DNA from: Paraglomus brasilianum
Taxonomy: Eukaryota
Direction of reading: 5' to 3'
Length of the DNA stretch: 38,867 bases
Assembly (NCBI GenBank): GCA_910592345.1
Contig: CAJVPI010000250.1
Location: forward strand, 1-38,867
Shown: positions 25,573-37,842 of the stretch, piece after piece
Position numbering within the stretch: the first letter of the stretch is position 1
How the letters are laid out: each line of letters begins with the position of its first letter
Notes under the pieces: generated by a model
What the model saw: the letters and a program-made list of their open reading frames with translations, nothing else
The model's database searches: none
What the model was told of the DNA's origin: nothing
Program-made: the position numbers and the translations under genes

Positions 25573-28022
25573 ATGTCGTTAGTTGAGGATTTTCAAACAA
25601 TTAACGACTTGATTCAATCATCCTTAGGAAGTGAACATAAACTTGAATGGATTTCGTACTCGCAAATTACCACCGACGTAGAGTCAAGTCTGGACAAAGG
25701 CTATTACGCTATTAATGATGAGACGATGACAATGCTGCTTTGCCTTGGAAACAGCGAAGAATGTACACCAATACTTGTGAGTGAGTTTGCTAGAATATAC
25801 TCACTTCCGACACACAAGTACAACTATGACGTTAATCAGTTCAGAAGATATTCCGAATGGCTTACATGGCGCAACAGACTTATAAAGGGTTTTACCGAGA
25901 ATGATGGTAACTATTACATGGTTGCTGATAAACGCTTTTGCCATTTTTACTCTCGATATGGATTCTGCTCCGTATGCGGAATACTCCGATGTAGTCCTGT
26001 GTGGTGCATATGTGAACATAAAGAATTATCCAATGGATGGACTAGCAACGATAAGCAACTCGACGAGCTTATTAAGAAAACTCAATTACAAACAAACTCA
26101 GCAAATGATGCCTATTTGGAATGGATTCCATTTGAGTGTATTGATGACAGGAGCAAGGGATTATATGGTCCACCTGTTGCTGCAGCTGTTTTATTGATTT
26201 TGCTTGAAGATGAGACAGATAATTATGATCAGGTAACTATTTAATTATTTTTAATTTTATGCATATATTGAACGTTTGGACAAAGATTAACTTGATACAA
26301 TGTATCATTTCCACTAGCTATGTGATTACCATCCAGATATTCTTAGCAATGATGTTTGGGTTACCATCGGGTTTACATATGATGAAAGTAAACAGAAGTA
26401 TTATCTAATGAAGGCATATGATTGGTATGAATTATGTCTGGCATGTACATCTCAGTTAGAACCTGATATAAATGCGTTCTGTTTGGAATGTAAGGCACCA
26501 CAACCTCTTAATTGGACTACTGGCAACAAGTCTTTGGATTTGTTTATTATGGAATCATGGGAGAATACAGAGAATAAAGATGATGCCTACATACAATGGA
26601 TAGAATACTCTTCATTGACAAATGTACAAGAGATGACTTCACTACGCCATGGTTGCACACATATAGCAGATTGGCGAGAACCGACAACAACGATTAGATT
26701 ATCGACGAGAGTGATACTCAAAAAGATAGTTGATGGACAGGATGCTCAGTCATTTGATTTTTACCAGGTAAATTTTTTATATGTAACAATGCAAATAGTG
26801 TTTCGTGCGTTATATCGATATAATTGTAACGGACGTGTTTGTTTCCTCCCTCAAATAGCTAACAGAAGATTATCCAGAGATATTAACTACAGATAATGTT
26901 TGGATTATTGGTATTACTCAAAATCCATCTACTGGACAATATTATCTAGTGTTCTACTATGACATGCGTTCACTATTGGACAAATTTATACGAACCAATG
27001 ATAATGTAAAGTATATGCAGTATGCCGACTTTGGTGAAATTACAGAGATTGGATCTGGTGGTTATAGCACAATCTATACTGCCAAGTTTGATGATAGACT
27101 ACGTCAAGAATTTCTTTTTGCACCAGAAACTATTGTTCTCAAACGTTTCAAGTGTTTTGATCAGACGCCGGAATTATTTATTAACGAGGTCAGTATTCTT
27201 TGATATTATTAATTAAAGTGATATTTTCAATCTGACTTTGTTTTTATTCACTAGTTTAGAAATCATACCAAGTGTTTGTATGATTATTTCCTTAGAATTT
27301 ATGGAGTAACGCAAGACCCAATGACAAAAGGGTACATAATTGTTATGCAATATGCTAATAAGGGTAACCTTTTGTCTTATTTGGATCAAAACATAAACAC
27401 AATGACGTGGAGGATGAAATTACAGTGTTTGAAACATACTGCAGATTACCTGCAAGGGATCCATCTTATAGGAATTGTACATTGTAATATTCATGGTGGA
27501 AACATAGTTTTGCATGATGATGGGTATGGACTCCAAACATTCATATGCGATCTTGGCCTCTCACGATCGGTGAATTCACACAAGCCGAAATCAACGATTC
27601 AAGGTGTTTTACCCTTTACCGCACCAGAAGTCTTCCATACTCGCAAATTTACTCAGAAATCGGACATATATTCTTTTGGAATTATCACGTATATGATTGC
27701 CACCGGCGAACCACCTTTTCGAGATAGACAGTTCAGTAGTGATTTAGTATGCGATATTTTGGGTGGACTGCGACCGCCGATGCCTGATTCAGCACCAGAA
27801 GAATACAAGCAAATTGCTCAGCGTTGTTGTGATGCTGATCCTGACAAGCGTCCACATGCAGGAGAACTTTTGCAAACATTGAGCGAGATTGCTAAAAAGG
27901 TGGACTTTGAGAATGGTTTTGGCGACAACGATGTATGGAATGATATCTACCATAATGATGCAAGACCCTTATCACGTTTTGAGAAGGAGAGTAAATATTC
28001 TAGTCAGCTCTTACCAACCTAA
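25573..28022 (+). CDS. Multi-module TKL-type pseudokinase (three kinase N-lobe-like remnants with Cys clusters + one full kinase domain), 4 exons; C-terminal tail frameshifted
   Basis: Exons 25573-26232, 26318-26767, 26859-27188, 27255-28022 splice in frame. Kinase domain: IGSGGYSTIY..IVLKRF..YGVTQDP..HCNIHGGN..DLGLS..FTAPE..SDIYSFG..DPDKRP. Confidence 0.9.
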
Positions 28023-30534
28023 ACCGAGAGACAGCTACTACTTTGTTTGCTCCCACCAGTTACCTCATATCAAATTTGCCAAGTTAGAAATAGATATGAA
28101 GATAACAATTGGTTAATTTAGTGACTCAAATTTTTGAACTGGTAATTTATGATATTTAATTAAAAACGATGTTTATACTTATCATAGACAATAATGTATA
28201 GTGTGTCGATAAGATCTAATTAATAAAAAATTCGATGAGACAAAAGATACTAATACATAGTGCAAGAGGCGCAGTAATAGTTTTTGGAATGTCGTTAAAT
28301 TATCGATGAACGCACGTAATGTCATATAGTAATGATGTACTTCTTTGTTAAGTGAGAAACCATATATTATCCGTTATAGCTATCCAACCATGACTATTAA
28401 CAACGGTTCTCCTTTACACTAGAGATAATAATATCTTTCTTTCACTTAACACACACACCATCGCATCGTTTCGAACAGATGGAAAGATTCGCTCCGTTTT
28501 GATACAAATAATAATATTAACATAACATCCTTAACTCTTATTCTTAGCAAACGTACTCAATTACGAACGCTTTTACTTTATTCTTAAACACAATCCTTCT
28601 CAACGAACAATTATTGTTCCATCTAACTAATACGTCTGTATAAAGCTTTATTTCATTATAGCTTCCTATCGCTACGTTTATAAACATTAAGCTCCTTCAT
28701 CGATAGTCGCTTCAGAGCGGAATTGCATTTATTATTCTCTTATTCGAACTGATTGTTGTCAGTATTGAATCGCTTGCAATAAGTTAACGACACGACGAAG
28801 GTCTAACAAGGTTTCGTTATGCATTAAATTCATACATACCAAGCAGGTTAGTTAACAATACGGACGGTTGGATTTCATTTATCAAATAAGAGTTAGAAAT
28901 CATTTAGTGTTATTTTTCAAGTCATGCCGAGAACCAATTCTGACTCCCGTAGTCCAATAAATTTGAATATAGATATCGATTAACGATTAGCGCTATAATT
29001 TATGAGAGAGATCTATTTTTTCATATGATATGGGGTGTGCGTGTATACATGATCGGTTGTAAACATGCACTCCTTAGTTTACTTTATTAATTAATATATA
29101 TGCTCGAAGCTAATTCTATAGCGAAAAAAACGAAAGAGCGTACGTCATTTTTGCATTCCTATGATGACATACTATTACAGTACTAAGACTAACTCGCTTG
29201 CGTTTTTGCGTCATGAGAAAAATATGATCGAAAAGTGTTCCGCTACGCTATAAAATCGCTCTCTAAGCTTGTAAAGAAAATTGATTAGAGAAAAAGAACA
29301 ACTTAACAAATCAAAAGCAATTAGACATGTGCACCACATCAACGAGTATTATCTAACAATTACACCTTTGCGAGCGAGCTAAGCTCGATGTAGAAACTGT
29401 TTAGGCGTTATAGTATTTTTAAAACAGAATATTGAATTTTGTTCTCATTGTCGGCGGAATGAACATTATGGGATTTATGTATTAGTAAGTCGATACAGTA
29501 TGATGCTCCTTAGCATTAGTAATTATATCACAGGTTAATATACATTTTAGTAAGATTACATGGTATGCTGACAGAAATAGCTGTGATGCAATCAAAAATT
29601 AATATTTATTACTCAATTGTACATGTACTCGAGTCTTTTTATTCGCCATGACAGTCATACTATTTTTTTTAACGGCGTGGCTGATAAATTATTAAGTAAT
29701 TGATAACCAAACAATCGGACTTTTTTGATTAGAGAATGAACTTTGTTTATCGACTATCCGTATATGTTTGTGTAAGCAACAAACGCTTTTTTGTACCTTT
29801 TGAAGATGCTTGATCTACTAATGCGTGCTCATCGCGGAATGTACCAAATTGGATCATCCGATGATCAGCTCACAAACGTGAAACTAACAATATGATAATT
29901 GCAGTAGAAAGAGATAATTTCTATTTACTTTATTGTTTAAACAGTAGAATAGAACAGGTATTTAATCTCTCGCAATAGTGTCGATATGTGTCAATGCAAA
30001 GATTTTGATAAGAGATTTGTTGTTTTTATGAGCATTTCTGCCCAATCATTTAATTTCGTGTGTCCTTTATTAAGCACTTGCATAAAAATGTTGCATTCGG
30101 ACACATAAACAAAAATGGCTAACAAAACTACGTCACCATCAACACGGACATGTTATCACCCTTATCACTTGGCCGCTTTGTTTATTTTAGTTACAGCCAC
30201 AGCCGCTTGCCATTTTTGTTAAGTTTGACAATGGTTATCATTATCGAATCGGCAAGCATTTGATCTGGAAAATGTTACTCAAATGTTTGCTGATTAATAA
30301 TAGAAAGATGCGAGAAACCCAAAACCTGTTACACGCAACGCGTAATTGTAAACTAAACGTTTACATAGAAGATCGACAAGTTTGATGATGTCATAAATCA
30401 AAGTCACAAATATTCGTATTTTTTACGCTGCCCCTTGCATAACAAAAGAGCATATAAAAGGGAAGGACTAACTTTGGGTTTACAAATTCACTGGTTTCAA
30501 TTCAAATTACGTTCCCCGTTTTCATTTCACTATA

Positions 30535-32226
30535 ATGAACGCAATAAAAGAATTTTATGCCAGACAAATCCCTTCACGTAATTCTGAGCTGACTGTTATC
30601 AGAACGTTGAGACCACTATCTTTATTGATTGGCTACATTTGCGTGGCAGTTTTTTTTGGCTTTCAACTATATGAACTGCACCAAGATGAGAGAACATTAG
30701 TTTTTCGGGATGACTATAATCCCTCAATTCCTACTCCGAGTAAGTATAACGCCTCTACTAATATTTAAACCCCATTCTTGAATTTAATATTGATGGTTAT
30801 TCTCTCTTTCAGTTGTCTATTTTTGCGCTGACTTTAACTTTACTGTCGATTGTATGGTAACGTATTCTAATAATGTCTGTATGTATAACATAACGATAAC
30901 AACTTGTTCTATTTGTTAGTTAAACATTATTAATACGTCCACGGTGTGTACATCAATTTGATAATTTAGCAAGTTGTAACGAATATGTCGAGCAAATTGG
31001 CGATGATATACACGTAGTACCATATACAATAGTTAATACATCCAACTTGAACTTTGCTGATGACTACAATTATATCGTTGATGAAAACACTATTTACGTC
31101 TTCAGCTTGACGGTTAATATAGTGGATACAACTTTTATTAGCGGCGAAGATGCTGGCATGATAGTGTGGTTTACCGATAAAGGTTACAATTATTGTATTT
31201 ACATGAGTGAAACCGTTATTCTGTGCCAACAAGAACGATTCTGATGAAAAGGTCATTCTTAGAAACAAAACTTGGTATGCTAATGGAATTATCTGACGAT
31301 GAACGCTTGAAAGGATCTAGCGATTATGCGGCTACGATATCAGCTGATAACTACTTCCGTCTCGCCAATAACCAGGTAAACAAAGTCTACATGTCAAATC
31401 GATAAAATGAACATTATCTTCCTATATGCAGTATATGCAACACACAATATGCTAATAATAACAACTCCACATAATTAGTCGTACGCCTTTTTTTACGAAC
31501 GCAAAATAGCCAATCGTCTTAATCAAGATGCTGTAAACATACTTTCTGGAGACGGCCAACATACGCGTTTGGCAATGATAGACGGCTTTCTTGGTAGGTA
31601 GATTAACATTACCATTAATTCCGCTTTATCAGAGTGGAGAAACTACATATAAATCGAACATTTTTGCTTTCAGTATCATACCCCGGCAACGGAAATTATT
31701 CGTATATAGAAATAAACCCCAAATCTTTTGTCACCAGAACGGAAACCGAAATCTCGTAAGTATTCATGGCTTAAATAAAACGAAAGCATTACTAAGTTAC
31801 TGAACACTTGTATGTTGCTTCTTAACAACTAGCAATCTGACAATAATGGATGCCATTAGTAATGTGGGTGGTATATACGCTGCTGCATTAGTTATTTACA
31901 GATTTTTGTACGGTATGTGAACTGATTTCTATCTTCTTTCTCTCGAGTATATTGTCACGTACTATAATTGTTTTTTCTTTACAGGCACAGATGGAATAAG
32001 ACCGTGGGGTTTGGTCCAGAATTTGCCGCACATCCGCCGCAAAGCTAGGTCCGCCCTTCACAACAGTCTAAGTCCCAATATCCCATTTACAGGCTCTGTG
32101 TTATCAAAAGATCTTTTGATTGACGAGAAAGTTGCAGCAATAGAACAGAAACAGCTTGCGTTAGAATTGTTTTTAAAGGAATACGTTGTGAACGTAGATA
32201 ACATCATACACGACCAAGCTAACTAA
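30535..32226 (+). CDS. Uncharacterised two-transmembrane protein with a large intervening loop, 8 exons
   Basis: Approximate exons 30535-30739, 30813-30878, 30970-31181, 31263-31375, 31479-31593, 31674-31755, 31833-31912, 31985-32226 join in frame. TM1 LSLLIGYICVAVFFGFQLY; TM2 IMDAISNVGGIYAAALVIYRFLYG; then RPWGLVQ and a helical tail AAIEQKQLALELFLKEYVV. Confidence 0.82.
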
Positions 32227-32558
32227 AAAGCGATGACGTTGTTAACACTACTACTGATAGTTAAGGTTATAGATAATTCGTAAATTAAATGAATGGTTTT
32301 TATATTAACATGTTTGTATTGTGGTTGTTTCTATTATTTTGTTTATTCGTTTATGATCTTGTTTAAAGAGCAAGAAATTTTTTGCATAATAATAACAAGT
32401 TAAATAATTGGCGGGGTTAATACTAAGAATAAATCTTTATTCGTTACCGAATAATAAATTTTCGCCTTTATCACTTGATTCACGTCCTTAACCTGATATG
32501 TCAATGACATATTTTCATTCGCCGTTTGCGAGCATCTTAATATTCCACTAAACTTCTA

Positions 32559-32737
32559 CTGTGAACTACTGTCTATAGTCCCTTCGTTTATTATTATAGT
32601 CACACTATATGAAAACTCTGTCTGTAGTCACACTTTCCTACATTCTCTCTAGTACCAGTTTCATAATAGAACATAATAAGGAATTTACTCTGTCTCTTTG
32701 TATTGTGCCAATGGTGTGACTAGACAGTAGTTCACTG
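32559..32737. mobile_element. Degenerate MITE with terminal inverted repeats
   Basis: GTGAACTACTGTCTA (32561-32575) is the exact reverse complement of TAGACAGTAGTTCAC (32721-32735). The right end reads CAGTG inward, TA precedes the left end, and TAGTCACAC recurs internally. Confidence 0.65.
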
Positions 32738-35025
32738 ATTGTATTACCTTTCTGATGACCACGTTTATACATATACTGTCATGCATACCAAGAAACGAAT
32801 GTACCGCAGTATTTTGTTGCCCTGACAAAACCATAATTTCCCTTTTTTGAAGTAATAACACTAGAATATAAATTTTGGGGGGCTGCCCCTCTTGTATCAG
32901 TATTGATGTAGAGACATGTAACTAGTGCAATTAATGCTTTATTATGCTATAAGATATCATTTGTTGGGATATGAACAGTGATAATACGATGTTTAGATGA
33001 AGGAGGATGCTATATAACATAATTTGTTTATTCATAGATTAAAACAGATGCAATTAGTTATAAAATTTATATAGTAGTGAAGAATAAAGGATATGGGAAC
33101 ATGTGTAGAAATGATGTGTATTTTAGTTAAACTAATAATATTTTGATCTATGTGATGGAAGATTGATGCCAAGTCGGAAATTTTTTGAAGAGCGTAGCTC
33201 CCTTTTTACTGACTGGCTTTGCCTTCGAGGGGATTGATTTTTGGAAGGCTGGTCGACAGCTTCAACATGTTTTTGTCGAATGTGTGGAGTCAGCTCCCGG
33301 AGAATGTATGCGCGCAACCTTATGGCGTTTTATATGTTGTGAGGAATAATGGTTTATCATTATGTAGGCGACTTCTTTGTTCAGAAGCCGCAGAGGAAGA
33401 GCTGTATACAAGATGTCTTGTTAGATGAATGGCATTGGAGGATATAAACCAAAATTAAATAAAATATCGAGCAGATAGGTGAGGTAATTATTTCACATGT
33501 AGAATTAAGTATGCATTAATCATTGTAATGATTATATTGTTTACTCAAATAGCTAACTCAGGAATACCAACCCCTGAGAATAGTTTTACGGTGTACCTCA
33601 GGTACAAAAGTGACAAAATCTGCAAATCTGAGTACCTGAGAATCTAATTTACCTAATGATGAACAATAGATTAAAGATTTGGATAATAATCCACAAGAGA
33701 ATATATCAATAAACCCTATTTTTGACTTACAAGTTTTTAAATAGTCTCTGTTGGAGGTTGTAAACTGTGTAGTGGTTTGCAAATTATCCTATAAAGTCAC
33801 GTTCCGTTGTATATTTACGCTTGTTTGTCCAAGCAGAGAATTCCAGAAGATGGTGCACAGTGGCTTAATGCATTGTAAGGAAATGGTATCCCGGGAGGGG
33901 AAGACAAAGGAGATGTGGAATGATTGCATTAATGGATAGTGATAGCGACTCGCTAACATAGTGGAGAACAAATTCATTCATTTGAAGAAAATCAACGGTA
34001 AATATGTCAACGATGAGAAATAATTTTAATGCGAAAAAAAAAACCAAACTTTTTTTTTTGCAATTTTACATGAATTTTATTTTTTTATTTTTTTTTTAAT
34101 TTAAGCGGCCATGTAGTAGTGATCGTGATTATTTATTGTTGCACAAAAAATACCAAATATCGCATTAGTATGATTGATTTTAAACATGTTTGCCTAGATT
34201 TTAATTCAGCATAACACCACGTGGGCATGTTAATTAAACTCTAGTTTTTCAATTAATGGTCGACTTAATTGGCATGACGAAGAGTGTGTATAAATAAGTT
34301 TAGTCATGACGACATCTGGGGGAAAAAAAATATGATTTACAAATGAGATGGTAAAGAGTTTTCGGCTACAATATGCCCTCGCCCTGGGGCTCATGGAAAA
34401 GTCCCCCGCAAAGATCTACATAGAAAATTACGATAAATGGGTATTTGAAGGTTAACGTTAATGCGAAAATTAAATTAGGTAAAGAACGGTTTGCTGAACA
34501 AATAAGCATCAGAGAAAAACCAAAGTAAGTTAGTAAGATGCACAGGCGATAGCGATGGAAATGTACCTTATATTAATTAGGAAACAGTATAGAGATTTCT
34601 GCAACAGACGTCTGAAGGATTGAGCGTAATGAAGCAACAAATCATTAAATTATGCTATTGGTCACGTGGCAACCAATAAAGTAGTGTTAACCAAATCTAC
34701 CAATCTATATCGGAGGGTTCACCGTTTGCACACATTCTATATATACCAGAATCACCCATTATTTTACGGGGACATAGAAACTGAGCTTACCATAACAGAA
34801 AGGCCTGTTCGCAAAATTGTCGAAATGCTTTGTCTTTCGTATTTTATGATGACTTGGTAAATGTGTCGAAAAGCCAATATATCCGCTCGTTGACAATTAT
34901 ACTGCGTATTGCGCAATTGTTACTACTAAACGGGATCCGTAGGAACAATTTTAGCAATGCCAAGAGCTGATTATCAATAGCAGAATCCATCAAAATATCC
35001 TACGGGTTTCTTTCTCTTACTTAAC

Positions 35026-35968
35026 ATGTCGAACTCCCAAGCACGCCCCACAACACCACTTACTGAATATGGACCCTCACTCACTCCGCCAACGGCTGAA
35101 GAAATTAATCTCTGCTATTTATCTGCAGAATCAAATGAGAATAATGCTCCTTTACGAGCATACACAACAGAGAATGCTATTGTTACTACAGAAACAGGAG
35201 AAGCAGACAGTATTTATAGTAGTGATTCAGTTCATGTCTCACCATGTGCCTTCATTAGTGTTTATTTGGCTCTTATTGTCAATGCCATATTAATGTCAGC
35301 TGGAATAATAATATTGATTTCACTAATAATGGTAAGTGTACGCTACCCAAATGTATTATTGACAATCGTCAATGTCAAGGTTGATGTTCTAACACACTTT
35401 CATAATTTCCATCGACAGTATGCCAACAATTACAAAAGAAAGCGTATGGCTCTAATTACTTGGTGTATAATGGAATCCGTGTTTCGTCTGTGGGCCGTTT
35501 ATATTACAGCCAAAAAATCTTCTGCAACTTATACAATGACCCACTGGCTAGGGATATTCTTAGGTAACAGTATTGTCAGCAATATAATACAGTCAAATTT
35601 GGTCAAATCTGTTATATCGTATTCATATTTATAATACAGGAAAAGAACATTATCTCCTCTTGGTCAATTCATTATGGCCTGACTCTGTTCCGTTTACGTT
35701 TGATGCGGTTGTAGATCGGTGGGGCATTTGGATCGATCCCGAATTGTTTCTTCAAGGCTCGTTATATGCGGGTTTTAGTTTGTGTTTTGGAATCTGGTTT
35801 TGGATTTCTTGCGTTGTGACCTGGAAAGCGGTAGACGATTATGCCAAGTCGTTAGCTGCAACCGGTCTCGTTGCATGTTTGATTAATACGGTCAGCTATC
35901 TTATCGGCATCGCCTTTGCAATAAACACGAGTCACCTCGATAGACGACAACGATTTCGACTAGTTTAG
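35026..35968 (+). CDS. Uncharacterised multi-pass membrane protein, 3 exons
   Basis: Exons ~35026-35331, 35419-35563, 35640-35968 with GT-AG introns in frame. Polar S/T/E-rich N-terminus, then ~5 hydrophobic segments (AFISVYLALIVNAILMSAGIIILISLIM; ALITWCIMESVFRLWAVYI; LYAGFSLCFGIWFWISCVV; LAATGLVACLINTVSYLIGIAFAI). Confidence 0.72.
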
Positions 35969-37842
35969 AGCATGCTGCAATTGGTGAGCAAAACACCAAA
36001 TAGACTCGGCATTTGAAAATTGCTCGGCGCATACTAATCTACAAAATTTAATTGCTTGTCTTTTACTAAAGTAGGAATGTAGAGATTTACGAGGCGTATC
36101 ACAATTGATGCCCGAGAGGGTCTACCAACTCAAGAAGATGGCGCATCAATTCTAAAAGGTTTAATTATCTACAAGACAAGACGTTGCGGGCCGTCTTAGG
36201 TTGGGTTGAAATATTATAGACTCAGATAACGGAATAACGTGAAGCGACATATAATACACAATTATCACTCCGTACCTAACTTAAACAAGAAGCGTACCAA
36301 TTTCCACATTAAACAATAAAGTCGTGTAGAAACGTTTTTGCAGAGATTGGCGTTATTATTATATTAGTGTAACCATCTTAATACTCAATGAGTTAAAAGA
36401 GAAAACTTATTGATAAGAACACAGATACGACATCTTTATTAAAAAACCAAGATTCTATACACTGCCGGCTTTTGTTGCATTCAGAAGAATGACAACTAAG
36501 AATGCGTCTCTTCATACTTCGATAATTTCGATATTTCTGAGTTGACTCGAAAATCACCACATCAATTACATCAGAAATACTATTGTATTTCTTGTTTACA
36601 ATTACAACTTGGTCCTAACTTAGGGACTTATTTAATATACAATGCTTCTCTCTAAGAGATATGAAATCGGAGTTGTGAACTCAACGTATAGTTTATATTC
36701 ACGAGTAGAATCTCGGAAGTTTGCGCGTACTTTTAGTTTTGACAACGCGTAAGGTACAATGTAAGCAATTATTTTCCAAACAATAAAGTCAAATGCCATG
36801 AATCTGTCATCGGCGGAAATTATTTTCTCGAATGGTCGGCTAACCTATTAGAATTAATTTCATTATTTAAATATCTCGATTACAGCTTATAGATCAGTTT
36901 CCAATTAACTAAATTCTCTACGTAATTTATAACTGATTTATTTAGTTACTGATACTTTTAATTGTGAGTCCCAAAAGTCGTATGGATATGATTCGAGGAC
37001 GTTTCGAATCAACATTCAAGCGAATATAATATCTGGTCACATGCAATTTATAGTGCGAATATTTAAGTATCAAAGTATGTTTACTAATTCTCTGTATCCG
37101 ATCTGACATACAACATCGTGCAAGTAAACCTAACTGTAATACGGATGTATTCTATGCTATGGGAATACCTCTATCTCTTAATTATTTACTTTGTTTTATA
37201 TTTATGGAAGTCGAATAAAATTTTGCATAGTAATATTTACACTTGTTACGATATTCAGTATTCAATTATAATAATATACCGCTGACAAATAGTTTACTGC
37301 ATCAAAGATTGAGTTGCTACACTGTAGTAAGCTTCCAAATAGGAACTATATTTAGATTAACAATGTATCATTATATGAAACATATTTCCGGCCTTTACAG
37401 GAAATAGTGGGTTTGGAACTCTGAACGTCATTTCTGATAATGAATTGGCAGAAGACTCTTGGGTTAATAATATATCTAATTAAGCAGTATAGCAAGAAAC
37501 CAAGTGTAGTTCGAAATCATAGAATGTATGTTGGCTTTCGATAGCAATCGCCAGTAAAGAGGGTACGTCATATCATACGTACATCAAGCTCCACCTTCAA
37601 ACCTTTCTCATTTCTTCACATCTCTCAGGCATTCGATTAAACCTCGATTTATCTAATACAAACGGACAGATTGTGCAGAAATATAAATGATGAATTAAAC
37701 AGATCTGGTACATTGGATGCGTAAATGAATGGTAAGAAAGTTTAATGGACCTTTAATAATTCTGCTGCTGTGACAAATTTCTTTCTAGTAATGCTTTTTA
37801 ATACAATACTGTGATGTCTGTAGATTATCCCCGACGGGTGCG

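Noticed and set aside
37395..37700. Exon-like fragments on the + strand (GNSGFGTLNVISDNELAEDSW; GIRLNLDLSNTNGQ)
   Set aside because: Each ends quickly in a stop, with no start and no recognisable homology.
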